A DNA stretch of 64,000 nt from Candidatus Marinacidobacterales bacterium (GTDB lineage: Bacteria > Acidobacteriota > Vicinamibacteria > Marinacidobacterales > SMYC01). Below the pieces are notes generated by a model that worked only from the letters and a program-made list of their open reading frames with translations, was not told the DNA's origin and made no database searches. The first letter of the stretch is position 1. The number at the start of each line of letters is the position of its first letter. Both the position numbers and the translations under genes were made by a program. The stretch spans positions 4,448,001-4,512,000 of the forward strand of contig OZ250169.1 of the NCBI GenBank assembly GCA_965237955.1, given 5' to 3'. This document shows, piece after piece, positions 38,105-48,014 of the stretch.

Positions 38105-39705
38105 ATGGATCGGCGATCGGCGCTCATCGGGGGCTTTCTCGGGCTCGTGCTCTTGGTGCTGGGTTGGCTCGCGGACATCGCGCTCCTAGAGCGCCGCAGC
38201 GCCGCAGTCGAAGCCGCTAGCGCCGAAGCGAGGGAAACGGCTCGGCTCGGGGCAATGACCCTCCGCGCCGCACTGGCCCAGCTCGAGCTTTCAATCGTCG
38301 TCGGTGCGCCAAGCGAAGGAGTGCGGGTGGAGCGTCTCGCAATGCCTCCGTCAAGCGTGCCGTCTCATGGTCGTTTCGTCCCGTACTCCGAGCGTCCGTC
38401 ACTCGAGCTCGTCGAGCTTCTCGATTCTGAGAGACTCTCGCCGTACGGTTTTCCCGTGGCCGCGGTCGCGGCATTGGCACTCGAGCGAAGGCGTGCTCCG
38501 AACGCGGCGACGAGAAAGGCGGACGCTGCAGCCCGATTGCTATCCGGCCTGTTGCCTGTCCATCCACAGGATCTCTCGCATCTCGCGCAACGTCTTGGCG
38601 CGACGGACGAGCACCGCATCGCAACGTTGCGCGCCATCTTGGAAAGCGCTCCGGAGACCGAGACGTTGTCCCGTTTTCCTGACTTCGACCGTACCCTCAG
38701 CGACGAGAGCGTAAATGGATGGTCTCGACGAGGCAGGCGACGATTGCACTACCGGATCCCGGTGAGCGTTCTACTGCACGAATCGGGTGTCTCCGAGCGC
38801 GTGCGGATAGCGGCACCGTCCAGCAGAAATCGGACTCCCGTTCCGGGCATTGCGGGACTTTTCGTCTCGGTGGAGCCTTTGCGACAGTCGCCTGTCGCAC
38901 TCAGTTGGCTCCGCTTCAGTCTATGGGCAAGTGTCGGGCTCTTGGGTATTGGGCTCTTCGTTGTTTTCCGTGCGCACCAGCGTGAGGAGCGCGCCATTGC
39001 GCGTGAGAAACGTTTCCTTGCCAACGTGACCCACGAGCTGCGCACACCGCTCGCCGCGATTCGTGTCTTTGGCGAGTCTCTCGCCAAGGGCGGGGCGACC
39101 CCGTCGAATACGGAGAGCTCATCGCCAAGGAAAGTGAGCGCCTCAATGGGCTCGTCGACCGCGTTCTAACGGTTACTCGCCTCGACGAAGCTCCACGGCT
39201 CGCGCGTGTTCAACCGTGCGCTCTCGCGGAAGCTTCAGTAGCCCTTCTGAGAGAGAGCGCCACGGCTCATTCGGTCCGCCTCGAGTCGAAGCTCCCGACG
39301 CGAGAGCTCCCGCAGGCGATGTGGGACGGTGAGGCGGTTCGCGGGGCGCTCATCAATCTCCTCCAAAACGCGATCCAGCACGGAGGGAACGACGGCCACG
39401 TCACTCTGGGGGTAGAGAGTGCAAACGACGGCATCCGCTTCAGCGTCATCGACGACGGACCCGGGATTCGCCCGCAGGATCGCAAGCGCGTCTTCGGTCG
39501 ATTCGAACGAGGTGATGGCGCCGGCGCGGGCACCGGGCTCGGACTCCATGTCGTGGAGCAAGTTGCGCGGGCGCACGGCGGTCGCGTGGATCTCGAGACC
39601 GCGCCCGGTCAAGGGTGTCGGTTCTACCTCACGCTTCCGCTGGCTCCGCCCCAAGCAGACGCCACGAATCCAGAAGCCGATGAACCCCCAAAGGTGCGTA
39701 CGTGA
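38105..39705 (+). pseudogene. Sensor histidine kinase with a frameshift near 39090
   Basis: Two TMs, THELRTPL H-box; continuation GDPVEYGELIAKESERL...NLLQNA...DDGPG...GTGLGL in another frame. Confidence 0.85.
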
Positions 39706-40400
39706 ACGGCCGACTCCTTCTGGTAGAAGATGAACTATCGCTCGCCCGTGGGCTTCTCGACAATTTTTGCGCGGAGGGATTCGTGACATATCACGTGGCT
39801 CGCGGTGATCGCGTGCTGGACGCGATCCAGCTATTCGAGCCCGACGCTGTCGTGCTAGATATCATGCTACCGGGTCGCTCGGGGCTCGATGTACTTCGGG
39901 AGCTGCGTCAATTGAACCACGAGCTTCCAGTACTTCTTCTCACAGCCAAAGGCGTCGTCGTCGACCGCGTGATCGGGCTCGAGCTCGGCGCCGACGATTA
40001 CCTTCCGAAGCCTTTCGCACTCCAGGAGCTTCTTGCGCGTGTCCGAGCTCTTCTGAGGCGCTCGGCCCGAGCTCGTGCCGCCGACAGTGGCCAGGTGCGT
40101 GAGATCGTTATCGGGGAAGCCTCGTTCGATTTCAAGGGTCTCATCGCTCGTGGGCCGGCGGGACCGCTCGACCTGACGCCCCACGACATTCTCGTCCTCA
40201 AAGTTCTCATCGAACGACGCGGAGAAGTGGTGCCGCGAGCCGACATCTTCGAGGAAGTGTCCGGTCTCGACTCCGATGCCACTCTGCGCACAGTCGATAA
40301 CCACATCGTGTCCCTGAGGCGAGCGATCGGCGACGACCCTCGACAGCCGCGATGGCTTCACACGGTACGCGGTATTGGCTACCGGCTGGCACGCGACTGA
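39702..40400 (+). CDS. OmpR/PhoB family response regulator
   Basis: LLVEDE, LDIMLPG, GADDYLPKPF, winged helix TVRGIGYRL. Confidence 0.93.
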   Translation: MNGRLLLVEDELSLARGLLDNFCAEGFVTYHVARGDRVLDAIQLFEPDAVVLDIMLPGRSGLDVLRELRQLNHELPVLLLTAKGVVVDRVIGLELGADDYLPKPFALQELLARVRALLRRSARARAADSGQVREIVIGEASFDFKGLIARGPAGPLDLTPHDILVLKVLIERRGEVVPRADIFEEVSGLDSDATLRTVDNHIVSLRRAIGDDPRQPRWLHTVRGIGYRLARD

Positions 40401-40411
40401 TGCTTGATGCT

Positions 40412-40436
40412 TGACGCCGTTGACAGAGCGCTGACA
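40412..40436 (+). promoter_or_regulatory. Putative OmpR-family binding box
   Basis: TGACA-N6-TGACA (40421, 40432; 11-bp period) plus TGACG at 40412, between the regulator and the next gene. Confidence 0.45.
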
Positions 40437-40480
40437 CACGCGAGTCCGTTATCTCCTACGCTGGGTTCGAGGAGGACGTT

Positions 40481-41692
40481 ATGAGTCTGAACGGAACTTT
40501 TTCAGTCGCCACGATACTGCTCTCTGGGATCCTTTTCCAAAGCGTCGAGCCTGAAACTCTCATGACCCAGGGAAGGCTCGATGCCGACTTAGGAGATTTC
40601 GAGTCGGCCGCGCGGTTGTTCGCAAGCGTCGCGGATGACTCTGAGGCTCCGGCGGAGCTTCGCTGGGAAGCGCTCGTTCGCCTCGGGCAAGTGAAAGCGC
40701 AACTCGGCCGCCACGACGAGAGCGTGGCGGCGTACCAAAGGGTCTTCGAGAACTATGCTGACGATTCTGACGCGATTCGTTTTCTGACCTTGGCGGTCAC
40801 CGGCGTCGCTCCAGGTCCCGCGCGATGGGAGTCCGTCTGGCGAGAGGTATCGCTCGACGTCGTGCAGACTCCGCACCCGACCCCGGTTGTCCGTTGGCCC
40901 GGGTTCGATTCGGACCCTCAACGGGACTACAGCGGCGAGGCCGTGTCCGTGCACAAAGAGAACGCCTCCGTCATAGACATCGTGCAGGAGCTGAGCAAGT
41001 CAGCAGGTCTCTCATTCGCGATGTACGCGGAAGGGGAAGGGGAAGTAACGGCGAGCTTCGAGAATACACCTTGGGACCGTGTGCTCCACCTCGTGGCGAG
41101 GGCAGCGCAGCTCGATGTCGAGCTCGACGGTAAGGTGCAGATCATCGGGGACGCTGCGGCATTCGAGCGACTCCGCACAACACGGCGTGTCGAAGCGTCC
41201 GGGGAGCTCATATCACTCGACTTCAGCGACGGTGACCTCGGCGACGTCTTGCGGCTTTTCGCCGACATAAGCGGCCTCAACATCGTCGTGTTTCCAGGCA
41301 CGCGCGGCAGAGTGAACCTCAGGCTCTCGGAAGAACCATGGGACCGCGCGCTCTTCTACGTGCTCAACAGCCAGGGACTCGAGTTCAGCCGCCGCGACCA
41401 CGTCCTCCTCGTCGGCGACCCCGAGCGCCTTACGAGCTATCTCGAAATGGAGACGAAAGACTACCGTGGCAACATCATCTCAATCGATTTCGCTGGAAGC
41501 GATTTCGACGAAGTGATGAAGTTCTTTTCAGACACAACGGGCCTTCAGATCGTCGCTGACGAGCGTTTCTCCGGCCGGATCACCCTCAAGCTCACCGACG
41601 TCCCGTGGGACCAAGCGCTGGATCTCATCGTCAAGCTTCAGGGGTTCCGCTTCGAGTTGCAGGACACCGTGATTCGAATCGAGAGGCGTTAG
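40481..41692 (+). CDS. Secreted TPR protein with three tandem secretin/STN N0-like domains
   Basis: Three repeats of (Y)xGxxISxxF...V/I(T/N)xxL/FxxxPWDxxL; signal peptide; no secretin barrel. Confidence 0.75.
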   Translation: MSLNGTFSVATILLSGILFQSVEPETLMTQGRLDADLGDFESAARLFASVADDSEAPAELRWEALVRLGQVKAQLGRHDESVAAYQRVFENYADDSDAIRFLTLAVTGVAPGPARWESVWREVSLDVVQTPHPTPVVRWPGFDSDPQRDYSGEAVSVHKENASVIDIVQELSKSAGLSFAMYAEGEGEVTASFENTPWDRVLHLVARAAQLDVELDGKVQIIGDAAAFERLRTTRRVEASGELISLDFSDGDLGDVLRLFADISGLNIVVFPGTRGRVNLRLSEEPWDRALFYVLNSQGLEFSRRDHVLLVGDPERLTSYLEMETKDYRGNIISIDFAGSDFDEVMKFFSDTTGLQIVADERFSGRITLKLTDVPWDQALDLIVKLQGFRFELQDTVIRIERR

Positions 41693-41843
41693 CTGGGACC
41701 ACGACGTGATGCCGTATCGGCACCGTCTGCAGGCCTCGGCAACAGCTGACGTGTCCTCAGCAGAACCTCGGCGTAGAGTTCGTCCCAAAGCCTGGACGAA
41801 TGAGACGCTATTTCCTATTTCATCGAGAGCTTCTCGGAGAGCT

Positions 41844-43132
41844 CGTAGTGTGCCAAAACTCGATCAACGCCGGGCCCGCCGGACTCAATGGGCGGCTAGA
41901 ATCCGAGCCCATGCAACCGTACCTCTGGCAGTTCTTCGTCATGGCCTTCGCCGGATGGGTCAACCGGTTCCAACAGGACGCGATCGAATACCTGAAAGAA
42001 GAGAATCGCGTTGTTCGGGAACAACTGCGTGGACGCCGACTACGTTTTACCGATGCGCAGCGGCGGCGGCTCGCGGCGAAGGCGAGGACGTTGGGTAGGG
42101 ATGGCCTGAAGGAAATCGCGGATCTCGTGACGCCCGATACCTTGTTGCGCTGGTACAAAGAGCTGATCGCAAAAAGAGCCAGCGCCGCGGGCCAGGACGG
42201 CCTCGTGTGCTGGAAACGATACGCGAGCTCGTGGTCAGGATGGCGACGGAGAACTCGACCTGGGGCTATACGAGAATTTGCGGCGCTCTCCGAAACTTGG
42301 GCCACGACGTTGGTAGAAACACCGTGAAGCGCATTTCTCGCGGAGCATGGGATCGAGCCCGCGAATGAACGAAGTAGACGAATGCCCTGGAGTACGTTCC
42401 TGAAGGCTCACTGGGGAGCCATAGCTGCGACGGACTTCTTCGCCGTCGAAGTGTTGACAAGGCATGGCTTGGTTCGATACTTCGTGCTATTCGTTATCGA
42501 CCTGAAGACGCGCCGCGTGGAGATCGCGGGCATCAGCCATCAACCATACGATGAATGGATGAAGCAGATGGCGCGCAACCTGACGGACGCGATTGATGGG
42601 TTTCTGCGGGACACGCGTTTTCTCATCCACGATCGCGACCCGCTCTTTTCAGCATCGTTCCGCGCCACACTCGGTGCTGTCGGCGTGGAGACGGTGAAGC
42701 TGCCGGCGAGGAGTCCGAATTTGAACGCCTACGCCGAACGCTTTGTGCGGTCCATCACAAGCGAGTGCCTCAGTCGGATGATTCCCTTGGGAGAGAATCA
42801 TCTCCGCGCGAGTATCCGCGCTTTCGTCGCCCATTACCATCTGGAGAGGAATCATCAAGGTCTCGACAACGAGCTCATCTGCTCGGCACAGGATTCGCTG
42901 GGGTCCGACGGTCGCATCCGATGTCGGGAGCGCCTCGGCGGAACGCTCCGATATTGCTATCGAGACGCGGCGTGAGCGGACTTTAACGCCAATATAGTTT
43001 CCCAAGCAGTTTGCCGACGGCTGGCACCCTATCAAAGCTCGCCTCGTTTCCCGACAGCCGTCTCCGCATTCTCAACGCCGAGAATCCTTCTAATAATGAT
43101 GGAGTCGCTCGATCGGGTTTCGGCACACTACG
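41844..43132 (+). mobile_element. IS element with integrase-core (rve/DDE) transposase
   Basis: 22-bp TIRs CGTAGTGTGCCAAAACTCGATC / GATCGGGTTTCGGCACACTACG (2 mismatches). Confidence 0.8.
41911..42975 (+). pseudogene. DDE transposase, frameshifted
   Basis: [36 protein letters not shown] spread over three frames. Confidence 0.85.
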
Positions 43133-43153
43133 GGGTCGCCGGAAACTCCCTAG

Positions 43154-43278
43154 TCCCCTGTATCAGAACAAACTAGATAAAGCAGAGCTTGCCGAAACCC
43201 TTCTAAGTGCATGAATCTTATGAATATTATGGGCTGGCGAAAAGCCTAACTTTGTATAGTAATCAAAGATCCAGGGGA
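43154..43278. mobile_element. 125-bp MITE, copy 2
   Basis: CTAG-flanked, near-identical to 1553-1677; the right CTAG contains the stop codon of the adjacent gene. Confidence 0.9.
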
Positions 43279-45597
43279 CTAGGTCGTTTCACGCAGATCG
43301 AGAGTGAAGCGATAAATGTTGGCGGCTCCATCCACGCATTCAAGTTGCAGATGACCGCCCTGCTCCTGGACTAGATGGCGACTCAGGGTGAGGCTCATAT
43401 CCGCGCCGATGCGGCCCGCCGACTTGCGGAAATGGGGTTCAAACACACCTTCGAGTGGTGTCGGTAGCGGCGCTTCAAATGGTGATTCGATCTCCACTTG
43501 GGTACTTTGGGCTGCAATCGAGGTGGTGTTGATTCTGATGGTCTGCCGATCCGCCATTTGCTGAAGACAGAATTCTAAAACTCCGTGAAAAACTTGGATC
43601 AAATCGGAGGCCCGGTAGAGGCGGCGGGCAGGGCGCGGATCGGTGATTCGGGTAATCTCGACTATTCGGCTCGCGATTTGGTTCCCAAGCATGGCGAGCG
43701 CCGTGTCGATGATTTCATCAATCGTAATTCGCTTTACTTCGGCTTCATCGAGGCTGGCAAAACGCCTCAAGTTGGTGACTTGCTGTTCGATTCTATCGAT
43801 GGCGAGTCGATCGTTTTGCAGGGTCGACTGAAAAACACTCATAGTCGACCTCAAGTCACCGGAGCCGGTGTCGTTGGAAAGATTTCGGCAGACCGTTTCA
43901 TAGATTTGTTTACTACTGGTGATGACGCCGAGTGGACTATTGATTTCGTGAGCGATACTCGACGCGACGCGGCCTAGAGTTGCCATCTTCTCTGACTGAA
44001 CCAATTGATGTTGGGCCGCCGTTAATTCTTCGGTGCGGGCGCGGACAGCTCGCTCGAGCTCCGCCATATTCCTTCGCATCGACGCTTCTCGACGATACTT
44101 GACGACAAAATAGACGCCAAAGCAAAAGAGAAGCAGCGACAGCGTCGTGACAGCCAGCGGAAGCGGCCGGCGATAGAAAGGCAGAACGACATTGACGGTG
44201 CGGGCTCGTAGGGTCTCACGTCGTCCGAGAGTGTCCTCAGCTTCAAGAATGAGAACGTTACGGCCTTCTCCGAGCATGATCGCCTGGTTTAGCTCCAAAG
44301 AATCCGGAGCCTCACCGCCCCGCTCGATGAGGAATATCGGGTGGACGATTTCGCCGTTGACGGTTACAGTAACGCTCCGAATGCCGGCACTTGCCTTGGC
44401 ACGACCCCGGATTAAAACCTCTTTCCCCCTAATTCTCTGATTTTCCACCGGACTGTCGAAAGTGACGAGAATTCTGTTCAGCTCGCGTTCGGCACTCTCA
44501 ATCACCTTCGCCGCTTCGGCAGCCCGGTAGTGAGTTTGCTTTATCTGAGAGAGAGTTCGTATCGCTTCCAGCCACTCTTGGTCTTCAAATAGCGCCCGAC
44601 CGTCCCTGAAGAACTCCTCCGTTTGCTAATCTTCGCGTTGGGTGATTTCAGCCGCAACGATTCGGTCGGCCAAGAGCAGGGCCTCCTCATCGCGTGGGTT
44701 CTTTTCGAGAACTTGAGAGTTGAGGCGCCGCGCCTCGATAAATCGGCCATTCGCCAAATCCGCTTGAACTTGTGACAAGACTTTCAAACGATGTTCCCGT
44801 TCGAGAATCTGCTTCCTTTCGTGCTCCGCCTCCAACCGAAGGCGCAGTTCGATCTCCTCTGCTCGATACCGGGCAACAGAGAGAAGAAGAAGGTCGGCAT
44901 CGGAATCCATGGGAAAGCGACGTAGAATTTCCTGAGCCAGCCTTTGGGCTTCGTCCGGCTGCTCATCATTGAGAGCTTGACGACCTTGCTGGATCAGGTC
45001 GAGCCGCCAACGCTCATCGATCGCACGACGGGTCGCGGCGATCTGCGATTGGACCTCCGGATCATCTCGCAGCAGAGCGTCGGCTTTGAGAAATTCCTCA
45101 TAGGCAGCTTGCAACTCGCCGGCAGCGAACTTCTGTTTGCCAGCGGTTACGTACCTCATGGCTTCATCCTTCTGACGGAGCCTGTTGATCTGGGCGACGG
45201 CATTCTCACGCAATGCCACTATTTCAGCGCCAAGAGCGACTTCCTTTTTGATCTCGCCGTATTCAATGGAAACGTCGAAGGCAGTCACAGATTCTTCGTA
45301 ATACTCTGCAGCTTTGTCTTCGTCGCTCTCTGCCAGTTCGTAGAAAGCCTTGCCTAAATGAAACCATGGGTAATAAGGAATGTAGCGGGTTCCGTAGAGT
45401 TTGACCCGGGAGGCCGGAGAGCGATTGACATCCAGTGCCATTCGCAACGATTCGACTGCGTCTTGATAGTTTCGCGATCGGAGAGCCTCGAGACCTCTCT
45501 CGTAGTTGAGATGCCAGGGGACCTGGGTGGCGGCGAAGGACGATAGACATAACACCGCCAAGAGCAACGGCTTGGAGAATAGATTTCGATGACTCAC
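43279..45597 (-). pseudogene. TPR + Ig-like + TM + HisKA protein with degenerate ATPase domain and one in-frame TAG
   Basis: ORFs 44626-45597 and 43279-44505 are in the same frame, separated only by TAG at 44626-44628; H-box AHEINSPLG. Confidence 0.75.
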
Positions 45598-45600
45598 TTG

Positions 45601-46987
45601 CTAAAAATAGATGACCAGAGACGTTTTTAGGGCGAGGCGGCGGGTCTTAGACTCCTGAAAATTCGTCCCCTCGCTGTCGAACCGAAAGAGCTCTTGTCTC
45701 CAACCGCCATACTCCATACTCAAGTCAAAAACGAAGGCATCGGTCACGAATCCCACCCCGGCGGTAACAGCGGTGCCGACAACTTGATTGTCAAAGGATG
45801 TTGTGATTTCTCCGTCTTCGGGATCGACGAATCTTCGCTCATGGGCGCTCACTTGGGGCAGGTTTTTGGCGCCGACTCGAATGGGAATCACCGTCAATTC
45901 GTTCACCCAACTCCATTCGAATCCGACTCGCCATTGATTGAGGTCGGCGCCACTGTCGCTCAAAATGTTGACCTCATCCATCCTTTGGATCGTCAGATTG
46001 CCATCTTCATCGGCGGTCACGTCCCGGGGCTCCGAAGACGCGCAACGCCGAATCGCGAAACCGCCTATGCTCGAAATCGGCAGCGACCAACAGGTCGCGC
46101 CGTGGGTTCTAAGCGACGCCGATCCCGAGGTCGAGAGGAAAATCCAGCACGTAGTCATAGTCGGCGGGGGTCGTCTCTTCGATCACAATTCCTTGCGAAT
46201 CGTCGATCCGGATTGCGAGATCGGTGTCAATCCTTCCCGACAGGTCGAAACCGGGAACGAATTTGAATCCGAGCCTCAGCGGCGGGCCGCCCCTCGACTG
46301 AAAATCGTACAACGCACCCATACCGACGGAGGTTCCGTCGACAGGTATCCGGCTGGAACCCGAAAGGGAGCCCACAAACCCATCGCCCAGGGTGACAATT
46401 TGGATCCCCGAACCTTCGGCACCACCCCGATAAAGACTCACGGACAACCCCAGCATCAGCCCCTGAAGGGGAGAAAAAGCAACCCCCGCCGAATAACTGA
46501 AAGGACCACCGCTGCTCCGTTCCTGGTCGAGAACGAAGGGAACTTGGATTTCTAGAAACTCGGCTTTGAAATCGAATGCCTTTTGGATTGCAAACGCGAA
46601 AACAAACTTCTTCTGCTCAAATCTCTTCGGAAAGACGAAGCTGGCGAAATTCAGACCGACGCTCCCGCCGGGATCGTCGGAAGCGAAAAGAAGCATCTGC
46701 CTTCGCCGCTCTTGTTCAACTGTCTCAGAGACGAATTGGAAGCCAAACGAGGTCTCAGGTTGGTCGAGTAGATAGAGCCCTGCTGGATTCCAGAAGATCG
46801 CGGTGGCATCATCGGCAACGGCGATGAAGGCGTCGCCCATTCCATTGGCCCGCGCTCCAGCGCCAAGAAAGTTATATTCGAGCTGGTCCTCGACTTGGGC
46901 GGTAGCAATGCCCGCTGCCAGCAACATAGCCACGGTTGGCAACGAGAAACGGCTGGCAAGGGCCGTCGGCCCGCCATAAGAACGCAT
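45601..46987 (-). pseudogene. FadL/PorV-like outer-membrane beta-barrel, disrupted
   Basis: GAGARANGMGDAFIAVADDATAIFWNPAGL; in-frame TAG at 46109-46111, frameshift near 46025; C-terminal Phe (IYF). Confidence 0.75.
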
Positions 46988-47155
46988 GAATTTCCGCCCC
47001 CAATGGCGGACTTCGAAGGCGCTGATCATAGTCTGGAACGAAATGATAATCGAATGCGTGCCAGGTCCACCTTGCCGGTAGCTTAATTCAGAAGATCGCG
47101 CACCGTTCTCGAGCACGGTCCTTAGCCCGTCGGCTTTGCGATTACAAAAGGGTGG

Positions 47156-47205
47156 CACCTTTCGGTTAGCGGGTGCTGTCCACCTTTCGGTTAGCGGGTG
47201 CTGTC
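47156..47205. repeat. Perfect 25-bp tandem duplication
   Basis: CACCTTTCGGTTAGCGGGTGCTGTC x2. Confidence 0.85.
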
Positions 47206-47265
47206 AAGTCGTCTACGTTCGGGTGATCCAAGAAGACGGTGGCGCGGCATGGTCCAGTCCGTTCT

Positions 47266-47673
47266 TCAGCGAGTAGCCTGCACCGCCTGGCCGGGAGATC
47301 GCGACGGCGGGCTGTCGAGAATCGCCTCCAGAGCAGGATCGCGGCCAGCGAAATAGTCGCTCGAAGAGAGCGGCGCCTGGATGTGGGGCTCGTGAGTGAG
47401 GCGCGGATCGTCGGGCCCGCTGCGTTGGTGGTATCGCGTCGACACGAGAACGAGGAGTCGCGAGTTGGGGAGCTCGATGTGCTCGGCATCGCCGTACTGA
47501 TTGGGGCTCCCCCCGGTCGCCTCCCCGACAAGGAGTGTGCTCGTCGCCCGCTCGATGTCCGTGACGAAGTTGGACGCGGCGGAAAACGTACCGCGGCCGA
47601 TGATGGTGAAGAGCTTTCCTGGCCGATTGATGAACTGGTTCGCCCGAATCATCTCCAGAAAAGGCGCGTAGGT
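47266..47673 (-). pseudogene. S41-like peptidase C-terminal fragment
   Basis: LFTIIGRGTFSAA, LVGEATGGSPN; 5' end cut at the 341-bp repeat. Confidence 0.65.
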
Positions 47674-48014
47674 AAGGATAGGAAATTTCAGCGAATGGCC
47701 GAGCGCGTCGGGGCTTAATACTCTCACGCCGTCGAGCTCTGTCCCTTAAACTCGGTCTGACTCAACGATACGCTCCGCAACGCTCGAGCCTCCCCTCGAT
47801 CCTTCGAATAACACGCTCGTACTCGGCCCCGCCGACGCCACCGTAATGGTACTGGAGAACACTGTCAGGGATTCCCTCGGGGAGGTCGTCCGCCCTCGGA
47901 AAGAACGCATCGACCCGGAATCCGCCTTCCAATCGATCCTGAAGCGCCCTAGCCCGATCGGCATCGAGCGTCGCGACTCGTGCGAAGAGCGTCCCCGCGC
48001 GATCGGCAAGGAGG
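47674..48014. repeat. 341-bp direct repeat, copy 2
   Basis: Matches 33458-33798; includes the 3' end of the 582-aa gene. Confidence 0.92.

Noticed and set aside
47156-47205. CRISPR array
   Set aside because: Only two units, no spacer between them, no cas genes
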